Source of the DNA: Chiloscyllium plagiosum
Lineage: Eukaryota
Assembly: GCF_004010195.1 (NCBI RefSeq)
Contig: NC_057719.1
Coordinates: forward strand, 59,881,394-59,901,393
Reading direction: 5' to 3'
DNA: 20,000 nt
Shown: one piece after another, positions 1 through 10,561 of the stretch
Numbering within the stretch: position 1 is the stretch's first letter
Layout of the letters: every line of letters begins with the position of its first letter
Translations under genes and position numbers: made by a program
The notes under the pieces: generated by a model
The model's database searches: none
Told to the model about the DNA's origin: nothing
Seen by the model: only the letters and a program-made list of their open reading frames with translations

Positions 1-713
1 CTTCATGTTTAAAGCATAGCGTCGCTGGGTTGCGCAAGGAGTACTGAATATTTAAGTCCCTTAAACACTTCTTCGCTTCATCAAACGCCTTCCTCTTTCG
101 GACCAGAGCTGGGGAAAAGTCCTGGAATAACATAATCTTGGATCCTTTATTAATCATGGTTTGGGGATCTTTCCCAAGATTTCTGGAAGCTTCTAAGAGT
201 ATTTGCCTCTACTTATAGCTCTGCAGGTGGAACAGGACAGGGCGGGGGTGCTGGTTCGAGCCGGGCCCGCGTATTGCAACCCGGTAGGCCTATTCTACCC
301 TTACCTGGCCTGATCCAGCCTCCAGATTTAAAAGCTATGGAAGCCACTGCTCGATAAACGCTGTAAGCTGGCCTTCCTCTTCCCATTCAGGAAGGCCCAG
401 CAAACAAATATTTTTTCGACGACCTCGATTCAGCTGTAGTTTCGGAGGTCATGGCCTTTAGTTCCACCCCTCCGACTCGGTGCTCAATTTCCTTGATATC
501 TCGGTCATGCTTTTGTAGCGCGGCTGAGAGTGAGTCCCATCGGTCCGGGACTCTTCGACGAAGGTGTCGATCTTCGCATCGAGTTTAGAGATGATTTCCA
601 CGAGGCTCGCCACCGTCCCCCGGGGCGGCTGCGGACGCCTCTGCTGCAGCTGGGGAGGGTGGGGGAGGGGTTCCTGCCTGCTGAGAGCTGCGGGCTCCCT
701 TCCCTTTAGTCAT
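1..713 (-). pseudogene. L1 ORF1p (Transposase_22-like RNA-binding protein) pseudogene
   Basis: ATG at 713 (MTKGKGARSSQQ...). Manual translation gives NRGRRKNICLLGLPE...VE*AYRV...PRPVLFHL...KIMLFQDFSPALVRKRKAF...NIQYSLRNPATL, matching L1 ORF1p RRM/CTD motifs (RRxNIRIxGLPE, ERAHR, PRP, QDFS, YPA). It has three in-frame TAG stops and frameshifts in the N-terminal part. Confidence 0.85.
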
Positions 714-851
714 TTTTACTGGAGATTAAATTGTTTAAATTCAGTACTAAGCAACTAATTACATTAAGTAAAAACTATTTTGAATTATTTGGTGAGTGTG
801 GTGGAGGCGGGTGACCCACTTTGGGAGGAGCACTGTAGACTCAGACTTGCT

Positions 852-885
852 GGGTTGCCGCCATCTTGGGTTGCCGCCATCTTGG
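852..885 (-). promoter_or_regulatory. Two tandem YY1-type motifs (CAAGATGGCGGC) in the L1 internal promoter
   Basis: The 16-bp unit GGGTTGCCGCCATCTT is repeated at 852-867 and 868-883. It matches the YY1 consensus and sits just inside the L1 5' end, as in mammalian L1. Confidence 0.7.
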
Positions 886-3800
886 ATCCCCCGAAGTAGG
901 ATGTTTATTCAATTCAAGGCACATCAAAAATACAATTTGTAGGTGTTTAATTTTGCTTGTTGTCGATTCAAATTATATGAATTGAAAAGGGATCATTAAC
1001 TGAGTGCTTTTTCAGCTAAATGAAAAGTATTGTTTTCTAAACAACAGATTTGTGAAGGCCAACACCTTAGCAGATTTGAAGTTTATGCTAAAAATGCTTC
1101 AGTGTAATGTATATTCATTAAAATACTTGGAAATCCTCAAATTTCCAAAGCAAGACTTAGACAAAGGACAACATTTTCATCCGCAAATAAAATGAGTGAT
1201 GTGACAGGTTTGTGCATAAACAAGATGCATGCAAATGACTTGATTTAAGTATTGTAAATATAACCATGTAGCTTTAGTGTTTATTGCATCAATTCGTTTA
1301 ACATTGACAGAAAGTACGCTTTATTGTTTGAAGAACTAGTCATAACTGACGAGGATGTCAAGCATCACTGCAGCTAGGTTTAATAGCTCTAACCTAAATC
1401 ACATTTATATTCTGTCAGTCCTGGAACAGCAAAATCAAATCAACATGATTAACATAAACTCACATCAAAATATTGTGTCACTGCTGATATACACAGCAAT
1501 AGAAAGGAGGTGAACCATGTACATTTTCTATGGGTAACAGATCAATCACAACAGATGGTGAATAAGAGTTGCGTCATTCAAATCCAAGACTACGCATAGA
1601 AGACAGCATTACCAAACAGCAGTAACATGTTTTCATGTATTATGTCTTTTATGAATCACTTCTAGTGTATTACTTGTATTTCTATTTCCTGAAATGTATC
1701 CCTATTTGTGACATCACTTTTTTTTAGGAGCCACAATTGGAAAACAGAGCTTTAAGAAGAAGTTGCAAATTTAATCAAATAGTTTGTTTTCATCTTAAGG
1801 GTGATTTTGAATAATATGTCAAACCTAATAATTGTATCAAAATAAATAAGGTTTCTCCTATATTATCATCCAGGGATAAGTACTAAAGTGGTCATTAAAA
1901 AATGTTTACAGCAGTTTAATATTTTTCAATATACTCATTTGTAAAAGTAATAATTTGCAAAATTAATTTGAAGATATGTTAAATAAAGCCAATTACATTT
2001 ACAAATAATATCAATACATTACTGATTACATGATTTACATACAAATATAACTCTGCCTTTCATTGACAACTATGACCCTTCAATGAAGTTCCAATAAATT
2101 TGTTTAGTGAAGGCAGCCACTTTTTCACATGAATTTGGAATACATGCTTTCAATATATAAGTTAGAAATGTATTAAAGATACACATGAAGTTAGTTAAAT
2201 AATATCTGTGAATGTTAATACAATTATACTCAATTTGTCAGTTTTTACTTAAACGTAAGCACTCTGCTATCTGCAAACACCTTAGCATATTATTCTTTAT
2301 AATCTTTGTGCTTTCTACCTTTCTCTGATTTGCATGTACTTTTACTTTAATTCTATGCTCCAGCACATCCACAATTAAATTCTGACGGTGCTTAGTAGAA
2401 TGTTAGATTTGAATATCATGTTGCAAAGATCATATTTCTATCTGGTTCTATTTTTTAAAATAATTGCAAAACTTACAGTTTTAACTTGATATTTCTTTGG
2501 TGCATTTCCATTCATCAACTAGAGTATGTGAGCTCCAGCTAGCTTTTGGCCTTGATTGTGTCAGCAGCAAGATCCAGGACTTACTGAATTAATGGATCCT
2601 TACTTGTGATATATTCTCTTGGCTGTTGCTTACACTACATTCTGACATGATATAACTTTCAAATATATGTAATTCTCCTGAGTTCAACAGAGGAGATTAA
2701 CAAGATGGTTTTATCAAGAATGTTCAAAATAACTTTCATAAAGCACAAACCTGTCTGAAAAAGCCATACCTTTAACAAAATAGCCCCCTACCTCAGGTTA
2801 GAGGGGTGAAACACAGCAAAATACTTCTAAAAGTTTAAAACTTTTTTTTAAGTTGAGAGATAGACCTGATGTTTTGCTCCTGAGTCAGGAGTGCTGTCAT
2901 GCTGTCCTGCAGCTGACCCCTGGTCCAAACAACTGACCTTAATTGAAAACCTAATCAGCAGTCTGTCTCTGGGCAAGCCTTTTTCTGAACATACACCAAT
3001 GGTGACACTTGGCCTCAAACATCTTCTCTAGGGCTGACATAACAAAATGAGTTCCAAAAACTTGTCTATAGAAATGAAGCAACTCTTTTCATAGTCCTTG
3101 GTTTATAGAAGTCCTTTCCCAGTTTTGATCCACAATCTAAAATAAAGAAAAATAAAAAGATTTGCTGTCGAAGAAAAAGTTCATTGTTATAATGACAGAT
3201 TATGAAGTCATTGAAGCAGCACAAATCCTCTAACGATGGCCCATAGGCTTATGTGAACAGAGAGAAAAAGCAAGGACTAATGTTTGGACAAGTTTAAAAA
3301 AAAAACTTAATGGCAAGGAAATGTAAATGCCTTGACAGTTTAACAGATCCAATAAATATTACAATATAATTGAGTTTATCTATTTTATACAAACAGGTAT
3401 ATCTACTTTTAAAATTCCAAAGGTTTCTTAATCGTTTACGAGGGGCACTTGATCCTTCCTAAAGAAGTCCCTGAACCTATTCTAAAAGGGTACCTTACCT
3501 CGACTAGAGGGTATCCCATCTCTCCAAAGAACCTGTAGGTTTGGATCTGCTTTTGCAAAGCATAACATTCACAAGGTAGACAACCTGGAGTTTGGCCATC
3601 CCATGAATTCTGCTTGAAACCAGCTGTACTTTACATGTGTAGCTGTCTTCATGAACCATCGATGTACAAAGTATGCACTTCTCTTGTTTCCTTCCAATGA
3701 AAGTCATGGGTGCCACACTGTGGAGATGCAGAAGTTTTGGAAGTGGGGCCCTAGCATCATTTTGGCTAAGCTGAGACTCTCTCTATCATGTGTATATTTA

Positions 3801-4894
3801 GGCGTTGGTCTCCATTACCTTTTTTTTTGGTTTATAATAGATCAGACAGTGAGTCTCAGTCAGTATAGTTGGGTGATTCCTATTTGGGGATTTTGGTAAA
3901 TGTTAACTTTAGATTTGCCAGCATGAGTCCACTCTGCCTTTGTTAAGCCTAATAAAGCTCCAAATACAAATACAAATGTTCATTTTTGTTTATACGTCTT
4001 TCCAGATTGATCTGTTTTAATGGATCACAGCAGATTAAAAGCTGAGTTTGTATTGCTTAGTACATCCCTGAATTTACCTTTTCTTAACTGTGAGGCTACA
4101 CAGTAAGTGAATATTCATAGGCTGTTGTAACATGAAGCCATCATATCTGAGGCAAGCCTTAGCCTTACTCAATGTTCATATAAATCCAGTTTCCATGAAC
4201 AGAATCGTGGATAGTGATCAAGCGCTGAATCCATGAATAGTGTTCCATCATTATTCCCCATCCAATTTTGCCTGGTGTTCTTGTGTACAAAATTACTGTG
4301 GTGCTTAAACAGATAAGCTTTAAAAACAGTTCATTATTTGTGCAGCTAAGGGACATGGTTTCTTTGCAAATGTATTGTCAGGTAGGGGGTGGAGGGGGCT
4401 GTTACTGCTTGGGAAGGGAGACGTGTAAGTGTTAGGAAGGAGGTGTGGTTTGGATTGTGTGAGGTAAGTCTCTTTAACTGTGCATTTAATATAATCTAAC
4501 CTTTTCTGAGTAATTATTTTAGGTAATTTACTGAAACCCTCCAAAGTCTCAGACTTAAATAGAGATTTTTCAGAGGGATCCAGGCATAGAAGAAATCCTC
4601 AACAGAAAGCTCAATTTTCCAGGCAATTCTTTTCAGTGTGCTACAACCGTGTTTTTACATGACCCCCATGCGCAACTTCTACGCTGAAATATTGACTATC
4701 CAGCTAACAGATCCAGGCCTACATGAATTGTGTCATGCAGCACCATATCAGGTAATGTATATATTTTGAGGGAGCAGATTAATTCACGGTTCAGGAAGTT
4801 AGGATAGTATGGAAACTATAACAGGACAAAAAGGAACCTACTAAAGACTTACTTGTGTGAGTCAGCTTCAGTGACTTTACGTATAATCCATACT

Positions 4895-4984
4895 GATTGC
4901 AACCATTCAAGAAGGCAGCTTGCCACCAAGAATTTAAGGAACAGTGGCTTTGCCAGCAACACCAATATCCTGTGATTGAATAAA
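4895..4984 (+). mobile_element. Old LINE (CR1/L2 group) 3'-end remnant
   Basis: TTCAAGAAGGCAGCT...GCCAGCAACACC...TGAATAAA resembles a 3' terminus I recall from a common fish/shark LINE family; strongly decayed. Confidence 0.4.
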
Positions 4985-5084
4985 TACAGAGGTGGGAGGA
5001 AGCTCAGTTATGTGACAGTCATAATGGATTGCGTAGGATCTTGAAAATTGAGACAAATGCTAAGACATGTTCTTCATTATCATT

Positions 5085-5823
5085 GAATAATAGGGTGGTT
5101 ATGGTAGGGGATTTTAACTTTCCAAACATAGACTGGCACTGCTGTAGTGTTAAGGGTTTAGATGGAGAGGAATTTGTTAAGTGTGTATATGAAAATTTTC
5201 TGATTCAGTACGTAGATGTATCTACTAGAGAAGGTGCAAAACTTGGCCTACTCTTGGGAAATAAGGCAGGCCAGGTGACTGAGGTGTCAGTGGGGGAGCA
5301 CTTTGGGGCCAGCAACCATAATTCTATTAGATTTAAAATAGTGATGGAAAAGGATAGACCAGATCTAAAAGTTGAAGTTCTAAATTGGAGAAAGGCCAAT
5401 TTTGATGGTATTAGGCAAGAACTTTCAAAAGCTGATTGGGGGCAGATGTTCGCAGGTAAAGGGACGGTTGGGAAATGGGAAGCCTTCAGAAATGGGATTA
5501 TGAGAATCCAGAGAAAGTATATTCCTGTCAGGGTGAAAGGGAAGGCTGGTAGGTATAGGGAATGCTGGATGACTAAAGAAATTGATGGTTTGGTTAAGAA
5601 AAAGAAGGAAGCATATGTCAGGTATAGACAGGATAGATCGAGTGATTACTTCGAAGAGTATAAAGGCCATAGGAGTATACTTAAGAGGGAAATCAGGTGG
5701 GCATCAAGGGGATATGAGAGAGCTTTGGCAAATAGAATTAAGGAGAATCCAAAGGGTTTTTACAAATACATTTAAGGACAAAAGGGTAACTAGGGAGAGA
5801 ATAGGGACCCTCAAAGATCAGCA
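5085..5823 (+). mobile_element. CR1-clade (HER1-like) LINE ORF2 internal fragment: C-terminal APE endonuclease and linker
   Basis: ORF 5029-5775 contains VVMVGDFNFPNIDW, TREGAKLGLLL (LDLLL-like), SNHNSIRF (SDH-like), WRKANFDGIR and KENPKGFYKYI, typical of CR1 ORF2. There is a frameshift near 5772, and both ends are truncated. Confidence 0.92.
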
Positions 5824-5978
5824 GGTCAGGCAGCATCCAAGGAACAGGAGAATCCTGAAGAAGGGCTTATGCCCGAAACATCGATTCTCCTGTTCCTTGG
5901 ATGCTGCCTGACCTGCTGCGCTTTTCCAGCAACACATTTTCAGCTCTGATCTCCAGCATCTGCAGCCCTCACTTTCTC
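5824..5978 (+). mobile_element. Short non-autonomous Penelope-derived insertion with a 5' inversion, flanked by a 16-bp target-site duplication
   Basis: CCCTCAAAGATCAGCA occurs at 5808-5823 and 5979-5994. The body is shared with copies at 13433-13557 and 15217-15303 and is related to the PLE terminus at 13281-13413. Confidence 0.85.
5847..5890 (+). ncRNA. Minimal type I hammerhead ribozyme motif (PLE type)
   Basis: GGAGAATC | CTGAAGA | A | GGGC-TTAT-GCCC | GAAA | CA | TC | GATTCTCC. Conserved core boxes, a 4-bp stem II and stem I closure are present. Helix III is reduced to ACAT, a probable CpG decay of palindromic ACGT. Predicted cleavage is after C5882. Confidence 0.75.
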
Positions 5979-6507
5979 CCCTCAAAGATCAGCAATATGA
6001 GCAGTGTTCTTTGCTTAGGGACTGTTGTTTTTCAGTCAGTCAATATCTGTAGGACACAAAAGAAGTGTATTTTCTGACTTTAAACCTACAGTGCAAATCT
6101 ATGGAATGCCTTATCTAAAAAGTATTTGGACTTTATTTTGAAACTAATCAGTTTTGAAACCATTTCATTTTATATTCAATTGTTAATTTTTTTAAAAGAA
6201 TTCTGAATTATATTCACTAAAGTCTTCCAGTACAAAATGTACTTTTGCAGTATGTGTGGCAGTTGATAAGTATAAATAATTGTCAGCTGGCCAGTGTGCA
6301 TTGACCTGGTCATGTAGATTCTTTTGTGAATTTCATTGAATGTAGTGTCGTGATAAGAGACTAAATGTTATAATCTTCATTTCAACCGGCCAGTAAACTG
6401 TTTCAGATGGATAGTTGCGGTTTGCTCATGTTAACACATTATGCAGAATTGGAAACACACGTTTTACCTTGGCTAGGTTCCTATAATATTCAAGTAATCA
6501 ACTGCTC

Positions 6508-6739
6508 ATAGCAGTTGGAGGTCAGTCATCTCTGCTCCAGGGCATCTGTGCAGGAGTTCCTCAGGATGGTGTCCTAGGCCCAACCACCTTCAGCTGCTTC
6601 AGCAATGACCTTCCCTCCATCATAAGGCCAGAAGTGGAGATTACACAATATTCACCATTAGTGATTCCTCAGACACTGAAGCAGCCTGCGTCCAAATGCA
6701 ACAAGATCTGGACAATATCCAGACTTGGGCTGACAAGTA
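6508..6739 (+). mobile_element. Older LINE (CR1/L2 group) reverse transcriptase fragment
   Basis: Translates as AVGGQSSLLQGICAGVPQDGVLGPTTFSCFSNDLPSIIRPEVE...QMQQDLDNIQTWADK. The GVPQGSVLGP-like motif is present and the FADD motif appears deleted. Confidence 0.8.
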
Positions 6740-6743
6740 CAAA

Positions 6744-7499
6744 CGCTTAATGGTAAGGTCCTAGGGAGTGTTGCTGAACAAAGAGACTTTGGAGTGCAGA
6801 TTCATAGCTCCTTGAAAGTGGAGTTGCAGGTAAATAGAATAGTGAAGAAGGCATTTGGTATGCTTTCTTTTATTGGTCAGAGTATTGAGTACACGAGTTG
6901 GGAGATCATGTTGCGGCTGTACAGGACATTGGTTAGGCCACTGTTGGAATATTGTGTGCAGTTCTGGTCTCCTTCCTATCAGAAAGATGTTGTGAAACTT
7001 AAAAGGGTTCAGAAAAGATTTACAAGAATGTTGCCAGGGTTGAAGGATTTGAGCAATAGGGAGAGGCTGAACAGGCTGGGGCTGTTTTCCCTGGAGCGTC
7101 GGAGGCTGAGGGGTGACCTTATAGAGGTTTATAAAATCATGAAGAACATGGATAGGATAAATAAACAAAGTCTTTTCCCTGAGGTGAGGGAGTCCAGAAC
7201 TAGAGGGCATAGATTTAGGGTGAGAAAGGAAAGATATGAAAGAGACCTAAGGGGCAACTTTTTCTCACAGAGGGTGTTATGGGTATGGAATGAGCTGCCA
7301 GAGGAAGTGGAGGAGGCTGGTACAATTGCAACATTTAAAAGGCATTTGGATGGGTATATGAATAGGAAAGATTTGGAGGGATATGGGCCGGGTGCTGGCA
7401 GGTGGGACTGGATTGGGTTGGAATATCTGGTCGGCATGGACGGGTTAGACCGAAGGGTCTGTTTCCATGCTGTACATCTCTATGACTCTATGACTCTAT
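6744..7499 (+). mobile_element. 5'-truncated CR1-clade (HER1-like) LINE: ORF2 C-terminus and 3' tail
   Basis: ORF 6794-7609 contains LYRTLVRPLLEYCVQFWSP, RVQKRFTRM, SLERRRLRGDLIEVYKIM, RTRGH and FFSQRV..WNELP. The element ends in (CTCTATGA)n octamer repeats at 7478-7499. Confidence 0.95.
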
Positions 7500-7705
7500 C
7501 AACAGTTCTGTGTCAACTTATCCACTCTGTTACATTTATTTCTATGGCACATAGAAGTCTAACTTCATCATTTGGATTCTTGCTCGGATTTCAAAATCTC
7601 CTGGGCTAAAAAAAAGAGCATGGGCAGTATACGCAAAAATGAAATGCAATAATTTTTCTTTCTTTGATCTATTATTTTCACTTCAAAGTAATTCTTAAGA
7701 AGGGA

Positions 7706-7804
7706 AGAAATGAACTTGCATTTGTAATCACACTTTTCAAAACCCTAAAATATTCCAAAGCACTTTACAGTCAATGACATACTTTTGAAGCACAGACACT
7801 GTTG
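7706..7804 (-). mobile_element. Ancient SINE 3' tail remnant (DeuSINE/AmnSINE1-like, L2-type tail)
   Basis: The minus strand reads CAACAGTGTCTGTGCTTCAAAAGTATGTCATTGACTGTAAAGTGCTTTGGAA...AAATGCAAGTT, resembling the recalled tail CTTCAAAAGTACTTCATTGGCTGTAAAGCGCTTTGGGA...AAATGCAAGT. Confidence 0.55.
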
Positions 7805-8119
7805 GAGACTAAGGTATAAAGTTCTTGGATCTTCATAATAACTAAACATTTTGTATCAAAGGAAATCCTCAAACAATATTGTTGAACAATTTACTCTTTA
7901 AACAAAGCCTCTGTTTCAATAATGGTCTCATAACTGTTTGCATATATGAATGCTCACTTACAAGATATGGGAATAAAATTCAGTGGTGGGTGGGGAGAGG
8001 GGTCAAGTGCACAAAAAGTATGTGAAAGAAATCCAGACCCAGCTTTACTCCCAATTGACCTTCCCTTCCATTCATTTCAAGTGAAAGGAAAATAGGACAG
8101 AACGCCAAATGAGTGAATG

Positions 8120-8180
8120 TAAGAACACAAGAAATTGGGAGCAAGACCATGGCCAATTCAGCCTGCTCTGCCAATGATAA
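8120..8180 (-). mobile_element. Old CR1 3'-terminal remnant
   Basis: TAAGAACACAAGAAATTGGGAGCAAGA..GGCCA..AGCCTGCTCTGCCA resembles the reverse complement of a CR1 3' end with a (TTCTTATG)-type tail. Confidence 0.5.
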
Positions 8181-9534
8181 AGTTATGGAGTCATGGACTC
8201 ATAGAGTCATAGAGATGTACAGCATGGAAACAGACCCTTCGGTCCAACCCGTCCATGCCAACCAGATATCCCAACACAATCTAGTCCCATCTGCCAGCAC
8301 CCGGTCCATATCCCTCTAAACCCTTCCTATTCATATACCCATCCAAATGCCTCTTAAATGTTGCAATTGTACCAGCCTCCACACTTTCTCTGGCAGTTCA
8401 TTCCATACATGTACCACCCTCTGCAAGAAAAAGTTGCCCCTTAGGTCTCTTTTATACCTTTTCCCCTCATCCTAAACCTATGTCCTCTAGTTCTGGACTC
8501 CCTCACCCCAGGGAAAAGACTTTGTCTATTTACCCTATCCATGCCCCTCATAATTTTGTAAACCTCTATAAGGTTATCCCTCAGCCTCCGATGCTCCAGG
8601 AAAAACTGCCCAGCCTGTTCAGCCTCTCCCTATAGCTCAAATTCTCCAACTCTGGCAGCATCCTTGTAAATCTTTTCTGAACCCTTTCAGGTTTCCCAAC
8701 ATTTTTCCGATACGAAGGAGACCAGAATTGCACACAAAATTCCAACAATGGCCTAACCAATGTCTTGGACAGTTGCAACAAGACCTCCCAACTCCTGTAC
8801 TTAATACTCTGACCAATAAAAGACAGCATACCAAATGCCTTCTTTACTATCCTATCTATCTGCGACTCCATTTTCAAGGAGTTATGAACCTGCACTCCAA
8901 GGTCTCTTTGTTCAGTAACGCTCCCTAGGACCTTGCCATTCATGTATAAGTCATGCTAAGATTTGCTTTCCCAAAATGGAGCACCTCGCATTTATCTGAA
9001 TTAAACTCCTTCTGCCACTTCTCATCCCATTGGCCCATCTGGTCCAGATCCTGTTGTAATCTGAGGTAACCTTCTTCGCTATCCACTACACCTCCAATTT
9101 TGGTGTCATCTGCAAACTTACTAACTGTACCTGTTATGCTCGCATCCAAATCATTTAAGTAAATGGCAGAAAGTAGTGGACCCAGCACCGATCCTTGTGG
9201 CACTCCACTGCATCAATCTTCTTTGTTACTTCTTCAAAAAACTGAATCAAGTTTGTGAGACATAATTTCCCATGCACAAAGCCATGTTGTCTATCCCGAA
9301 TCAGTCCTTGCCTTTCCAAATACATGTGCATCCTGTCCATCAGGATTCCCTCCAAGTAACTTGCCCACCATCGAGGTCAGGCTCACTGGTCTATAGTTCC
9401 CTGGCTTGTCCTTACCACCCTTGTTGAACAGTGGCACCATGTTAGCCAACCTCCAGTCTTCCAGCACCTCACCTGTGACTATCTATGGTACAAATATCTC
9501 AGCAAGAAGCCCAGCAATCACCTCTCTAGCTTCC
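8181..9534 (-). mobile_element. 5'-truncated CR1-clade (HER1-like) LINE with an internal RT deletion near 9210
   Basis: Tail (AGTCATAG)n at 8181-8213. Minus-strand ORFs give RQHGFVHGKLCLTNLIQFFEEVTKKID, PQGSVLGPLL, SKFADDTKIGG and KTLVRPLLEFCVQFWSP. KKID joins directly to SGVPQ, so the DFSKAFD region is missing. Same subfamily as 6744-7499. Confidence 0.95.
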
Positions 9535-9740
9535 GAATTAAAATATAAGCCATAACTATTAATTTAACCTGAGACAGTGTTTTGTAGAGGAATAAGATGG
9601 TGTTATTTTCTGGGTCTGTAGACTGTGAAGAAGCAAAAATGGCCTTTAGTAGAGTGATATGTGCTTTTTGTCCAACGTGGGAGTTTAAAGAGAGTTTAAG
9701 GGTTACTGCGGATTATATCTGCAATAAATGCTGTTGCTTG
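9535..9740 (+). mobile_element. CR1 5'UTR/ORF1 N-terminal fragment (CxxC...CxxC zinc-finger-like)
   Basis: From ATG 9639: MAFSRVICAFCPTWEFKESLRVTADYICNKCCCL. This fits the CR1 ORF1 N-terminal pattern VxCxxCxMWE...DYxCxKC. Confidence 0.65.
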
Positions 9741-9744
9741 TATC

Positions 9745-10560
9745 AAAGTGGTCTACAGCACAGGAACAGACCCTTTGGCTCAATTTTTCCTTGCTGATCA
9801 GATTTCCTTAATTAATCCTATTTGCCTGTGTTTGGCCCACATTCCTCCAAACCTTTTCTATCAATGTACCTGTCAAAATGGCTCATAAATGTTTTAATTG
9901 TACCTGCCTTTACCATTTCCTCCAGATGCTTATTCCAAATACGCACCACCCATTGTGTGAAAAAGGTTGCCCCTCAGATCCCTTTGAAATCTTTCTTCGC
10001 TCACATTAAAACAATGCCCTCTGGCTTCGGACCCTAACAGACTGGGGAAAAGACGTTGGCTTTCACCTTGTTATGTCCCTCATGATTTCACAAGACAATG
10101 TAAGGTAACCCCTCAGCCTCTTACCTCCAGGAAATATATCACGGTCTATCCAGCCTTATAACTCAAACCTTCCAGTCTCTGTAACATCCCTCATAAATCC
10201 TTTCTATATCAGAGTGACCAGAATTGTACTCAATACTCCAAATGTGGCCTTACCACTGTCCTATATAGCCGTAACATGATGTCCCAATTCCTGTACTCAG
10301 TATTCTGACTGATGAAAGCAAGCATGCCAAATGCCTTCTTCACCATCCTGTCTACCTGTGATGCTACTTGCAAAGAAATATGTACCTGCACCCTAATTTC
10401 TCTCTGTTTGACATCACTCCTTAGGGCCCTACCATTAATTGTATAAGTCCTGCCCTTGCTTGTCTCACCAAAATGGAACACCTCACATTTATCTGAATTA
10501 AACTCCATTTGCCATTCCTCAGCCCACTAGACCAGTTGATCAAGATCCCATTGTACTTGA
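9745..10560 (-). mobile_element. CR1-clade LINE 3' fragment, more diverged subfamily, with an internal deletion near 10210
   Basis: ORF 10230-10508 gives MEFNSDKCEVFHFG...KKAFGMLAFI...LYRTVVRPHLEY. The 3'UTR is similar to, but diverged from, the 8181 copy. Confidence 0.88.
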
Positions 10561-10561
10561 T

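Larger units (their letters stand above)
1..892 (-). mobile_element. L1-clade LINE, 5' end (5'UTR plus decayed ORF1); element continues beyond the left edge of the window
   Basis: The minus strand begins GGGGGATCCAAGATGGCGGC at 892, resembling an L1 G-run plus YY1 start. GC/CpG content drops sharply into AT-rich flank after 892. ORF1p-like translation lies downstream. Confidence 0.85.

Noticed and set aside
3499..4356. Minus-strand ORFs 3504-3716 and 4165-4356 near GTAAGG donor-like sites
   Set aside because: The first frame stops before its donor, no convincing acceptor-donor pair defines an exon, and no protein family was recognised.
5029..7609. Long ORFs of 248 aa and 271 aa as possible host or domesticated genes
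   Set aside because: Both are partial CR1 ORF2 sequences with non-ATG starts and read-through into flank or tail. They do not join into one element because the RT core is missing and other DNA lies between them.
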